Shown here one piece after another: positions 48,760 through 60,131 of a stretch of 64,000 nt of DNA. Location: the NCBI RefSeq assembly GCF_052425735.1, contig NC_135768.1, forward strand, positions 22,444,001 through 22,508,000, given 5' to 3'. The position numbers and the translations under genes are program-made. This stretch comes from Oculina patagonica (taxonomy: Eukaryota). Under the pieces are notes generated by a model. That model was not told where the DNA came from and made no database searches. It saw nothing but the letters and a program-made list of their open reading frames with translations. Each line of letters starts with the position of its first letter. The first letter of the stretch is position 1.

Positions 48760-49753
48760 ATGAAATCCATTTATTTCCTGTTGTGCCTGACTTTCGCGAA
48801 GGCCCATCCTGCATACGAACAAATTCCGGTAAGTTTTACAAAGACATTTATAAACGTTTTCCTTGGAAAGCTGACTTGCAGTTGGGCGGAGATTTTATGT
48901 TAGTTCTTATACGTCGAATCGTACTCGTAAATAACATAATCGCAAATCATGGCCGATGCAAATTTCGTCGCCTTTGGTACAGACTGGCAAATGATTTTTT
49001 GCAGTATCTGGAGCCCGTTCGTAAGTAATTCAGCCACATTTTATGTTCTTTTTTATTTAGGTTCTCGGAAGCATCAACTCGAAATTGAACGAATTCATTC
49101 CGCGATCTTGTCTGGACTACTTACAGCATGGCAAAAACGAGAACGATTTCTACTGGCTTTATGACGATCAAGACAAGCCTTATGTGGCTTTTTGTGACCT
49201 CTCGTACGAGCCTGGATCAGCTTGGACTTTAGTCGCGTCTTGGGCGACAGCAAAATTCCGAGAATTACCTCATTTCAAGACCAAGCCATTTCCGGTGAAC
49301 TCGCCACTCAACGAGAATACCCCGAACTGGAACGCCTTTCGCCAGACTCGGGATCGCATGTACAGCGTGCGCAAACGGTCCACGCATTGGCGCGCAACTT
49401 GCGACATAAACCATCAGCAAACAATCGATTACCAGGATTACCTCAGGGGTAAATTCAGCAGCTTCGATATCATGTCGTGGCTTGGTGGCCGCACTTGTTG
49501 GCCGGTAGAATATGTGAATATTCTTGGAAATACTGGCGTAAGTGGCATCACCGTAGGGTTTTGGCAGAAAGATGGTATGTATTTTCTTCACACCGACAGC
49601 TCAAATACTACTTGCGAATTTATCGCTGAGGCAACGCCTTTAGTTGATTACTTTGGTTACTATAAAGACGGATTAAGCTACAACTTTCGTTGTTCCCGAT
49701 ATGATACTTCTACAACACAATGGTGGTTTGGCGGATACTTACAAGAAGACTGA
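48760..49753 (+). CDS. Secreted fibrinogen-related-like protein, paralog A (253 aa, 2 exons)
   Basis: Exon 48760-48828 encodes a signal peptide (MKSIYFLLCLTFAKA) and splices in phase 0 to 49061-49753. PRSCLDY...Y.L.....Y.AFCDL...GSAWTLV resembles the N-terminal subdomain of fibrinogen-C/intelectin folds; ends STTQWWFGG. Confidence 0.88.
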
Positions 49754-51254
49754 TTATGCGAAATAACTGTTTTACTTGCTAAGTTTAGAAGCTGCATGGC
49801 TTAGAAAAAGGTGATTCAATTAATATATAGATACATAACTGTGCTACTGTATTATTATGAAAAATTGATTTAAAAAAGTGCTAAATAAGAGTTATATTGT
49901 GAAGAGTTTTTTGGTGGGTCTCAGTAGAATGTAAGTTTTATTATATTATATAAGTCATAAATCATTAAAACCGAAATCACAAATATTCCTTTAAAAGTCA
50001 TGGACTTACAAGAGTTAGAATATTGAGCGCAGTCTTTAAACGATTTTTCCTGGTTAACGTTATATTCAGGAAAACGAACATTTCTTCTGCTTTTTCATTG
50101 CAATCAGAGTTTGGTTCTATGACGGGGGCAAAAACTAGCCCAACAACCAAATGAACTTTAAACTGTGTAAATTTTAGTTTACAGCACTTAGGCCACCAAC
50201 AGTCAACTGTGCTTAGATTCAAATTGTAGCCCCAACCGTCCGCAAGTACTTGTAACGTTCTGAATCTTTTAATGCCTGATGTGAAGTCAAGGCTTGTTTA
50301 AATAATTAGAAAAGTGTCTGTAAAATATGCTTATTTTCTCAAAAAAATAAGGTGCTTCAGTTGTTGCTGGTAGAATATTGATGCACATAGCAGCGGCATG
50401 TGACTATGTCTAAATGGCTGCAATTTAAACAATAACAAACCTTTTAAAAACAAGACTTAACTGTTTATTTTACTTTAAGCTAAAGCAGGTTCTTATGCAA
50501 AGCGGGTCCAGATGGAATATCTTAGCCTAACCGCTGGTTCTTGATCACTAGGTTCTTATATGCGGGTTTTTATTTGTTGTAAATTTGAAGCTGTATCGGT
50601 CAGTTTTAAATATATACTTCGTTGTTCTTGTAAATCTTAAGCCAAATTTTTATTTCAGTTTTTCCAATTAGTTTTAACAAAATACAGTGAATAAAGTTAT
50701 TCATTCCTTCATTCGTTGAGGGTTTCTTTAAAAACAATAGCAACAACTAGACTACTGGTACATGTAGATCCATGTAGTCTGTCTTTTCTCTTAGGTCTCG
50801 TAGGGTCGGAGCGCGCGGTTATATCATGCAGGAACGCGAGCAAAGTGGTTCAACTAGCGGGTGGATGAGAAGGGGCTTATTTTTCCTCGATCGCGCAATC
50901 CGATCGCGCGCGCACTCTTGTCTCTCCCCAATCTTTCCTCACGCGTCTTAAACCCTCCCTATCCTAGCCTCCCACTCCCTTACTCAATTTCGAGAGAAAA
51001 ACAGACTGCAAGCAGTCTAAGCAACAACAAGAAGGCAGGACATCTTGGCATCTTACTTGCCTCAACTAGTAATTCCCAGGCGTTCTCTCTTGTGTCAGTG
51101 ACCACGCAAAGCCTGGGACGGGAGCGGCACTCTTCGGTGACGTCACCGCTCACGATAGGGCCCATGCTCCCTTGAGCCGAAAAAGCACGGGGACTAGGCT
51201 GATATCTTACGTATCAGTGCTAAAATTATAGTAAAAGGAAGGAGATACCGGATT

Positions 51255-51625
51255 TCCACCGCGGTCAAACGACAGAAATATGCAAAAAATAAGAAAAGTA
51301 CTGCAAAGATAAGGTTTTAATTTTCACAGTTCAAAGTTCGATACATAACCGGTATCCTAAGGGTTTACTAAGTTTTTTGGAGCTTTACTAAAAAAGTTCT
51401 ACGTGTTAAAATAGCGATATGCGGACTTGTGGGCGCCATTTGTCAAAGCACCTTTGGTTCGGATGCGAAACATTTAAAAAGTGAAAACACTGGTTTACCT
51501 GAGGAAATGGGATTATGCTTTCACTCGGCAACTATTTTGATCTATCCTTGCTCGTAATCACTTCAATTTGAACAAAAACGGCGAAATGGAAAGAAAACCT
51601 GCCTGAGACGTTTGACCGCGGTGAA
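51255..51625 (+). mobile_element. Internally deleted copy of the 46007-47057 element
   Basis: TACCGGATT|TCCACCGCGGTCAAACG ... CGTTTGACCGCGGTGAA|TACCGGATT; first ~320 bp nearly identical to 46010-46325. Confidence 0.9.
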
Positions 51626-52944
51626 TACCGGATTAGTTTAATAAGTTTATTTGTCTTTAAAATAATGAGAGGATAACCTACCCCTCCTGGTTCAGAACCG
51701 GATATTGTGTTGTTCGACATGAGAATAGAAACCAGACGCACCGTTACCAGAAACCCATAAGGGTTGAAACGTGTAACGCACGCGCACAGCGTTTGAATAT
51801 TCATTTTGCTAAGTACCATATTTGGAAACACGAAGAATTTGTACGCGAATGCTTTATACACGTAATGACACACGCAACATAATTTTGGGTTTTGCGGTAA
51901 GTTGCTTGGATTTCGACCTAAACGCCGTACATTTCTTGCAGAAACTAAAAATACATTAAGTGTATCGAGGCGAAGTTCTCCAGACTACTCCAAGAAGATT
52001 AAACAGGAAGATTTAACCCAAACTAACTTTATTTAACCAAGCTTGTTCAAAAACATGATTACGCCATCGAGCGCGAGCTAGCGCGCGCTGTGAATTTAAT
52101 CCAAATATAGTAATTTTGATTGGTTAAATGTTTCTCGTGATTTTCCAAATATGGTACTTAGTGTGGACGAATGTGCAAACGCTTTGTACAATGCGAATCA
52201 TAGAGAGTTACACGTTTCAACCCTTATGGGTTTCTGCCGTTACTCAATGATAAAAAACAATAGAAACGACTTCCCCTTTCCTATGGCTGAACTCCAGCCA
52301 CAAGACTTCTGGATGGGGAGGCCGGGAAAGCGGTCGAACGATGTATTTCAATCTTTTTCTGGTCAGGGTAAAAATTCAGTGACAAGAAGTAAATTAATTG
52401 GAATGATTACAAAAAAGGTTCAAAAGGTTCAAAAGGTTTCAAAAGGTTCGCATGTCGCTGTCGAAATTTCGAATTCGTAAATGGTCGAGTCTGGAGTGCA
52501 TAACCTAAAATGACGGTTCTCGTAATTCTGTCGCCTAAATATTCCCTATTCTTGGATTTGTCAATTAGATTTGTTGGCACAGACGAAGGAGACACCTTCC
52601 TAGGGGGGTCTGGGGGCATGCTCCCTCAGAAAATTTTGAAAAACTGAAGTGACTGAGACGTGTTTTCCTTTATTCTGAGCCGGTACAAAGAGAACATGGA
52701 GTGAATTATTTTCAGAATGATGGATAAACTTAAGCAGTGTAAAAATGAACTGTTAGAGCGTCGTTTCAGGCTTTTTTGCCTACAAGCCATTTTTAAAAGC
52801 GCCGATGTCGCTGTCGCTTTTGCTCTTTTCTTTGTCGCTGTCGTTATTTCACGCCACGGGAGCATCTTGTCGTTCGTCGTCATTTCAGCTCCTTCATGTC
52901 ACCGTTTCAGAGACGTGTCGCCTGTCGGAATTTACCCTAACAGG

Positions 52945-54251
52945 CATAGGCGTACGGGCAATTTTTTGCCAGGGGGGGCGGTGAGACATTTGCCCAAAAA
53001 TTTTTCACAAGTTGCCCAAATTTTTACGAAACAGTCGAGAAGAAACGATGGTCATACGGCGATGCACTAGCATAGGCTTACAAATGAAGTGAAGAATTAT
53101 TACATAACAATCTATCATATGAGCTCATAAAACACGTTAAAAGTAATAGTTTTCTCAACCATTTCGACGGCCGAAGATATTAACAATACGATCCATGTCA
53201 TTGTTGACTACAGAGTTGGAATATGCCCATTTAAAAATGCTAATACAAGTGCGATGACAAGTAATAATTTAGGCCAAGTAAAAAAAAATGTTTCTCGTCT
53301 GGATTTCTATAAAAGAGAGCGGGCGGGTGCATTTTTTGTTATTTTTTAATTATTTATACTTTTGTTGCATTTCATACCTGTGTTGTTCGAATATCGATCG
53401 ATAAATCCTGCAAGGTAATTGTCAGACCTATCCAGTACGGAACTAGCGTAACTAGGATTTAAAGTTTTGGCCTTAGTTTGCATTAAAACGCAGACAAAAG
53501 TCATGTCTTACTCCGTACAAAGTAAAAGAAAACATTGTTGGTTTTTGTTCGTTCTAACTTTTCCAAAAACAAATAATTAAAAAAGAGAGGCGGCCCCAAA
53601 AAATGAAGCGGGCGGGACGAGAAACATTTGTTTTAATGTGTTTTTTGCCTTATCATTTTTCAATCTGTGCAACGCACTGAATGATCGCACTGCAGAACAC
53701 GTTGTACGTAGCAGGTATCACTGCATGGATATGAACCACGTAAGAAAACTCTGAAACCTTATCAAATAGATCATTCTCTTGCATTGTCTCCAGCATTTCT
53801 GAAACAGTCATGTAGCCTAATCCGCGCACACGACGAAAACTCGCGCACATTTTCTGCTCGGCTTCCAGAATCTCGCCCTCGATTTTGTAAAATTTAGCAA
53901 CGCGGAGAAGCTTTCTTTATCAGGTGTTTAACTGTGACAGATATTTGCAGTACAGTGCCCAACAGTAAAAAAAAGAAAAAAGTACAAATATGTCTATCAA
54001 CAAATGACCCCCTTCACTATTAACCAGAAATTTATCAGGTGCTAAGCAACCACTGTCTTGTGTGAATTTACATCGCTTTAACCCGCCGACTGCAGGTTAA
54101 AATAGAAAATATCTATCTCTTCGAAGAAAAAAAACTAGCTTCTTTAAAAACTGGCTTTGCCCAAATTTCTCTTGCTGCCCAAAAAATCTGAGTTGCCCAA
54201 AATTTGGGGGGGGCTGCAGCCCCCCCTGCCCCCCCGGCCCGTACGCCTATG
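52945..54251 (-). mobile_element. hAT deletion derivative with 8-bp target duplication and transposase remnant; nested TIR element at ~53270-53652
   Basis: CTAACAGG|CATAGGCGTACGGG ... CCCGTACGCCTATG|CTAACAGG. Minus strand ~53655-53850 reads AVIPAT../SAVRSFSALHRLK, like the hAT C-terminal dimerization motif SAERSFSALRRLK. Confidence 0.9.
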
Positions 54252-54532
54252 CTAACAGGGCCTGAATAAATTTCTTGCTCAGGGGATTTGCGGTAATTTC
54301 AAATCTGTTTCCGATCCATCGTTCAGTTACATATCTTTCCTGTCTCCTTCATTTTCAGGTAAGGGGTTATGTTATCTCTATAACCATTCCCTCACAAGTA
54401 AATCATATGACAACTAAATTTAGTCTCTAGAGCCGGATGTGTGTCAAAAAAGGGTCAGTGGACTCACTGATCGTATGTGAATCTATCACAAGCGCATTGT
54501 TAGATCAGTTTGAAACTTTTTCTCGCAAGAAA

Positions 54533-56496
54533 ATGAAATCCATTTATTTGCTGTTGCTTGTAACTTTCGCAGAGTCTTATCCCGATCATGAAGGAATCCT
54601 GGTGAGTTTACATAGGCAATGTTAAGACGTCTTTGTCTTTGAAAGTTGACTTGCAATTTAATAGCGCGTAGGTTATTGCTAGTTGATATCCCGGGGGGGG
54701 TACTCCATATAATGGCCTATACGGGGAGGCTCCGCCCGAAAAGGGTACCTTTTTCAGGCTTCAGGTATATAAAAGGGTAGGGATTTCACAAGTTTAGGTA
54801 TATGAAAGGGTATCTAAATCCGTCATTTACGTTTTCAAAAGGGCCTTGAATTAAAATATTTCGAACAGACGCAATTTATGGCTGTATTATTTTAATTTAT
54901 TAAGCGCAACATGAAAATTACAAGAAAACGTCCTCTTCTAAGTCTATGCCATGTCTTTTAGGTATATGAAAGGGGTACCTATTTTCAGTAAAAGGTGTAC
55001 GAAAGGGGTACAATTTCTGTGAAAATGGTATATAAAAGGGTAAGGGGTAAGAGCTTGGGGCGGAGCCTCCCCGTATAAAACTTTTTTTGAGTGCCCCCCC
55101 CCCCCCCCCCCCGGGGTTGATATCATCTGCAACAGTAAGAATCACAAGTTGCCAGGTCTGTACATGTGCAGAACGTTTCGTCTTTCTAACTACATGGCTC
55201 CAAGGCTTTGGGTCTAAAAAATGGCCGGCTCCAGGGCTCCAGAACCGTGCTTTGAGGCAAAGGTTTTCAGCGCCTCCATGATCAGCAGAAAAATCTCTGG
55301 GGGGAGGGGGGTACACCCATATATGAGCAATATATATAGGTATGTGCCGCTGTGAAGGGTATGGTTTTTTAAGCAGCTTAGTCTGGGATAGGGCATAGAA
55401 ATCAGAGAATTTTGGGCTAGAATAGGATGTCATTTTCCGGAAACTGAACGGTGGTATGGTGGTATGATGAATTAGTTCAGAATAGGAACAGAAACTCGGA
55501 AGAGAAAGAGAGTTTCCTAAACGTAAATAAAATCATCACAGCAATGTTTTTGAGAGATGGTTTGCTATTAAGTCTGGGATAGGTAGGGAGTTTGGTGTCT
55601 AGTCTGGTATAGGGTTGCAAAATCAACTAAACATGGTCTGGTATAGGGTTAGGGTTTCAGAGTCCCAGCAGGACTCCTCCACCCAAAAATATACAGAATA
55701 CCTCCCCGGGAGCAAAATAAGTTTAGGGCTCTGAGCAAAAGAATGGGGAGCCAGCCACACGCAATTTCGCCTTCTTCATTTTATTTTTTTGTATAAATTT
55801 TAGTCTCTCAATAGCACCAACTCGAAAGAAGAAAGATTCATTCCCAGATCCTGTTTGGACTACTTGCAACATGGCGAACATAAGGATGGCTTTTATTATC
55901 TCCATGACGACTACGATCAGCCCTACATGGTTTACTGCGACCTGTCAAATGAGCCCGGGTCAGCCTGGACTCTAGTCCTATCTTGGTTTTCAGTGTACGC
56001 CCGGTTTTTGCCTTATTTTAGTAGCAAGGCATTTTCTGAAGACGCGCCAATCAACGCAGAGACTCCGAACTGGTACATTTACCGGCAGAATCTGGCTCGC
56101 ATGAACACCATCCGCAAACACTCGACACATTGGCGCGCAACATGCGACTACCAGAGGACGCAAACGATCGAGTATCAAGATTACCTCAGGGGCAAATTCA
56201 ACGACTTTGACATCATGAAATTTCAGGGGAGTGGTTCTTGTCGGCCAGTAGAGTATATCAATATTCTTGGAAAAACTGCTAAACATGGCGCCACCGTGGC
56301 ATTCTGGCAGGAGCCTGGTAACTATAGTCTTCACATCTTCAGTTCTAATACTGACTGTGACTTTGCCCCTTGGTTTGAACCATATTGCGACTTCTTCGGT
56401 TTCTATGGCGACGGGCTTAACACTATATTCCGTTGTTCTCTGTATGATAATTCTACAACGCAGTGGTGGTTTGGTGGATACTTAAACGAAAAGTGA
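54533..56496 (+). CDS. Secreted fibrinogen-related-like protein, paralog B (253 aa, 2 exons)
   Basis: Exon 54533-54601 (MKSIYLLLLVTFAESYPDHEGIL) splices in phase 0 to 55804-56496. Exon lengths (69 + 693 nt) and Cys/Trp pattern match paralog A. Confidence 0.88.
54690..55115. mobile_element. CCCGGG-terminus MITE with 8-bp target duplication (P- or hAT-like)
   Basis: GTTGATAT|CCCGGGGGGGGTACTC ... GAGTGCCCCCC..CCGGG|GTTGATAT. Confidence 0.88.
55295..55710. mobile_element. Second CCCGGG-type MITE in the paralog B intron
   Basis: AGAAAAAT|CTCTGGGGGGAGGGGGGTAC ... ATACCTCCCCGGG|AGCAAAAT; internal TCTGG(G/T)ATAGGG repeats. Confidence 0.75.
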
Positions 56497-57319
56497 TCGT
56501 TGCAGAATACGTAAATTTCACTAGTTTGCATGCTTTTGGAGATTATTTGTACGGAATTAAATTGTAGAGAAGACCTTGTTTTGAAGCAAATTCATTTGAT
56601 ACCTATGAGATATTGACCAAGCGTGAGATCAAGGTGGTCTGATATTTTAATCTTTTTTCTTTAATATATTACTAGTAAACTCATGGACTCACAACAGTTA
56701 TAATTTTTTCAATGGATATGAATAGAAGCAGATAGAATCGCTATAAGCTTATGAAAAAGGACGTTACATTTGATTACAGAACAAGACATTTTAAGAGAAA
56801 GGAAAATGCTTTTTAGTTTAAAAACAGCATAATCTGTCATTGTCTGTTACAATATCTACGTTGAATTTGAATATTTTTGTTAATACCTACAAGTTTGCGA
56901 CAAACGGTGTTACTTTGAAAAGCATACCTAAATAAATTAATTAAATTGATTGATTACAAAAGAACAGGCAACAGATTCAGGGAAACATGCAGAACTGAAA
57001 AGTTAAAACGAGAGGGACAATTTTTTTCTGCAGGTTTTTCATGAAGAAAACCTTACTGAAAAGTTAAACAACTGAAATCAAAATTCACGTAATCCTAGTG
57101 CTTTGAACACCCGGCCCTTTCAAGGCTCTTTGCAATATCACGGTTTCCTCGCAGAGTTATCAAAGGAGCCTGATGCAACTATTGGCAACTGATGCCAATG
57201 GTGTCTACTCTGGAACGGGAAGGAAATTTCGAGACTATAAGCAGAACTAGAGCATGATTGGCGAGAGCGCGGTACTCCACGCAACACGCGCGCGCACGTT
57301 TCTTGCGCCGCGCCGCTCG

Positions 57320-57404
57320 CATCCTCGTACCCAGGGTCTTCGTTCCCTTTGACCCGTTTCTTCAAGCCTGCGCAGAAGGGACGAAGACTCGAGATACGAG
57401 AATG
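57320..57404. mobile_element. 85-bp miniature palindromic element with perfect 9-bp target duplication
   Basis: CGCCGCTCG|CATCCTCGTACC ... GATACGAGAATG|CGCCGCTCG. Confidence 0.82.
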
Positions 57405-58297
57405 CGCCGCTCGTGGATCACGCAATTTCCGCTTTCGCTCGCAATTTTGCTCGCAGCCTGGGCGAAGAATTGTGACTTAATATAAATTGACCATTTTTTA
57501 TTGTCAGAGTTCTGTGGCTGTGAAACAAATATCTCAATATTGTTTAGTTTCTTACCACTAGAATTGACAGCGCAATACATACATAAATAACTCTTGAACA
57601 GAAGTGGTTTAAAAGTCTTAAAAATTAGACAACGGGGGTGTTTCTTGGCAAAAATTATTTTGCCAAAGCCTCCAGTCACGAAACGGCTGATTTTATGTCT
57701 TTTTTTGTTCCCACGATATCCATTTTTCGATTTTTCCGGGAAACAAAATATTTTTAATTGGTTTTACAAAGCAAGCAGCTGAGACAATTAACTGACTAGA
57801 CTGTCCACAGCCCTCTATTTTTTCGGGTTTTTTCCATCGATGAGCGCGCGGTGAGGACGGCGAAAAAATAGCTGACAGGAGATCATATTAGTCAAGGATA
57901 GAACCGATAAATTCGCGTACGCTTTCCGATAACTGTCGTTGTAAGGGCCGAGATAAATTATATAGGGCACACATAACACACTTTCCGTGATCTCGCGAGA
58001 TAACTCCCACTCATCTTGACTTACGCGGGTGTAAATCCCACTCGTCATTTTCCAGTTCGATTACAATTAAAAAGTCAACAGTATTTGCAACATCACGAGG
58101 AGCTTCGACTCACCACGGATAGCGCTTTCGTAATCTGTCATACACTTCTCTAATCTAGGCCTTTCTTGTTCCCGTTTTATTATTATTGCCTTTTCGTTAT
58201 TTCTCTACCTTAGTGAATTATTGAAAATCAGTAATTGTAGTCAGGCATGATTAAAAATAGAAAAATATTATTGACTCTGACTAAAACAAAAATTAAA

Positions 58298-58340
58298 AAT
58301 GGACGTTTCGGTTAAAAATACTGTAACCTTTTTCAGCATA
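58298..58340 (-). ncRNA. Degenerate minimal hammerhead-like motif (Penelope-type relic)
   Basis: Minus strand ATG-CTGAAAAA-GGTTA-cagtatttt-TAACC-GAA-ACGT-C-CAT; the core G of CUGANGA is replaced by A. Confidence 0.45.
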
Positions 58341-59710
58341 AGTTCAAATGGGGTCCAGATGTAAATTAGATGTTTGTTGTTTTTTTTTTAAGAAAGGCGA
58401 GAAACCACTAGCTAGGGGTTGGCCAGGATTTTGAATTATTAAACCGAGTTTCTTTCGATTTTGAAGCTAATTTTCTAATTTTCTACAAAAAAAAAAACGA
58501 CTTCATCTGGAAATACCCCATTCAACGGAAAGGCATTAGCCAATGGCTCAACCATTTGAGAGCGACATATCAATTTATGTGACAGAATAAATAGCATATT
58601 TAATTGCATAATTTAAAAACGAGCTAATGGAAGAGGCATCCATCTGTCTTTTAGAAGAGTACTATTTGACTAAAGATGAGGTTAAGTAGTTTGCTGTGAC
58701 AGGTTAAACAACGTGTCACAAAGGCATTAAAATAATTATTTATCTAGTTGTATAAATAATTTAAGTACTGTTTAAGATGCATGCGTACGTACACGCGATC
58801 GACTTGACGAGCGCGCGAATTCAGTTGTTATCATTGTTTTATCATTTTTGCTCTGTCCCATTTTTTATTATTTAAAACAATATTTATTTGAAAAGAAATA
58901 ATGGTTAATGTTAAAGCTTGGTAAAAACAAAATGAAAAATATATTAGAGACTTTGAGAAAGATTTTATTCAGTCTGTTCTACAAGCCGCTCGGCAGCTTG
59001 CAAAAGAGGCGTAGTTTGGACGAGCAAGCGCTGAATATTCCATCGAGCGTTTTAAGTGTTGAGGCGAGTGAAAAAAAAAACGGACAATTTGAGTGGGAGT
59101 CAGGCTTAAAAGCGAATCTTTCTCCCTTTTTTTCACTCGCGTTTTTTTTTATTTAAGCGCTCCCCCTCCCCCCTCCCCCCCACCCCAGTTGTAGTTGTAG
59201 GCTAGCCAGTCAAAAAAAGAAGGATTTCGAATTTTCCTTTTACTGTCCGCATACAAACTTTTAAGCCAGATAATATATTATCAAAACAAGATTGTTTTCT
59301 CTATGTTCAACGCCCCATCTAAGACCGGAACTCTTCTCGAACGGAAGTGAGTATTAAAACTGAAAGATGAATAAAGCGTGAAAAAATTTGCGGTCAAAAA
59401 TGAAATCGAAAAAAGCCCAACTATAAATATTACATAAAGACACGAAAATGCAATAATATTGTAACATATTTTGACGATTTAATCCACATAGTTTGGTGGT
59501 ATTAAAAGCAAGCTGAATATTGACTGCGGAAACGTGCTGTGTTCGGTGTTATTGTTTATGCAAGGTACATAAATTATACATTTACGCTATTTATAACGTA
59601 ATACATACAGAGTGACGTCACAGGTCCCCTCGTGATATATTGCCGTAAGCGAACTGACTTATATTGTTTAACCTGCGTTGTTTAACATTACTGTTCAGAT
59701 CTTAGCTGCG

Positions 59711-60131
59711 ATGGCAAAACACAATTTCTGGTCCTTCGTTCTATTTACTGCTGGACTTGTTTTGACTACGGATATCTCTTTTGGTCACAAGAGATTAGCC
59801 GAAGGTAAAGACAGTAATTTGCGCATCTATACTCTGGGTAGAGCGGTTTAGAAAGAGATACCAAAACTTTATCCATACAATTAGTTTTCCATGACTCCTA
59901 ATCAGCTATGCTGTCTTTGATATTTTGTTGTCTAACTCAAATTTACTTGACAATGTTTAATATTTTAAACTAATTTGTCTTTTTTTCGCTTCAGGCGCTT
60001 CAAATAAAGGCGAGAAAGATTTAGTTGAGCACGTCCTGAAAAGCACCAATGCGAATGTGCGACCAGTGATCAACCATTCGGAAGCTGTAAATGTCACATT
60101 GGATATCACTTTCCACGGCGTTATAGAAATG
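59711..60131 (+). CDS. Cys-loop ligand-gated ion channel (nAChR-like) subunit, first two coding exons; gene probably continues beyond the window
   Basis: Exon 59711-59804 encodes a signal peptide (MAKHNFWSFVLFTAGLVLTTDISFG) and splices in phase 1 to 59995-60131, EKDLVEHVLKSTNANVRPVINHSEAVNVTLDITFHGVIEM. This ends at a phase-0 donor typical of nAChR genes. Confidence 0.85.

Noticed and set aside
52408-52450. (CAAAAGGTT)x4 as a regulatory array
   Set aside because: It is a short tandem within repeat-like sequence, with nothing supporting a function.
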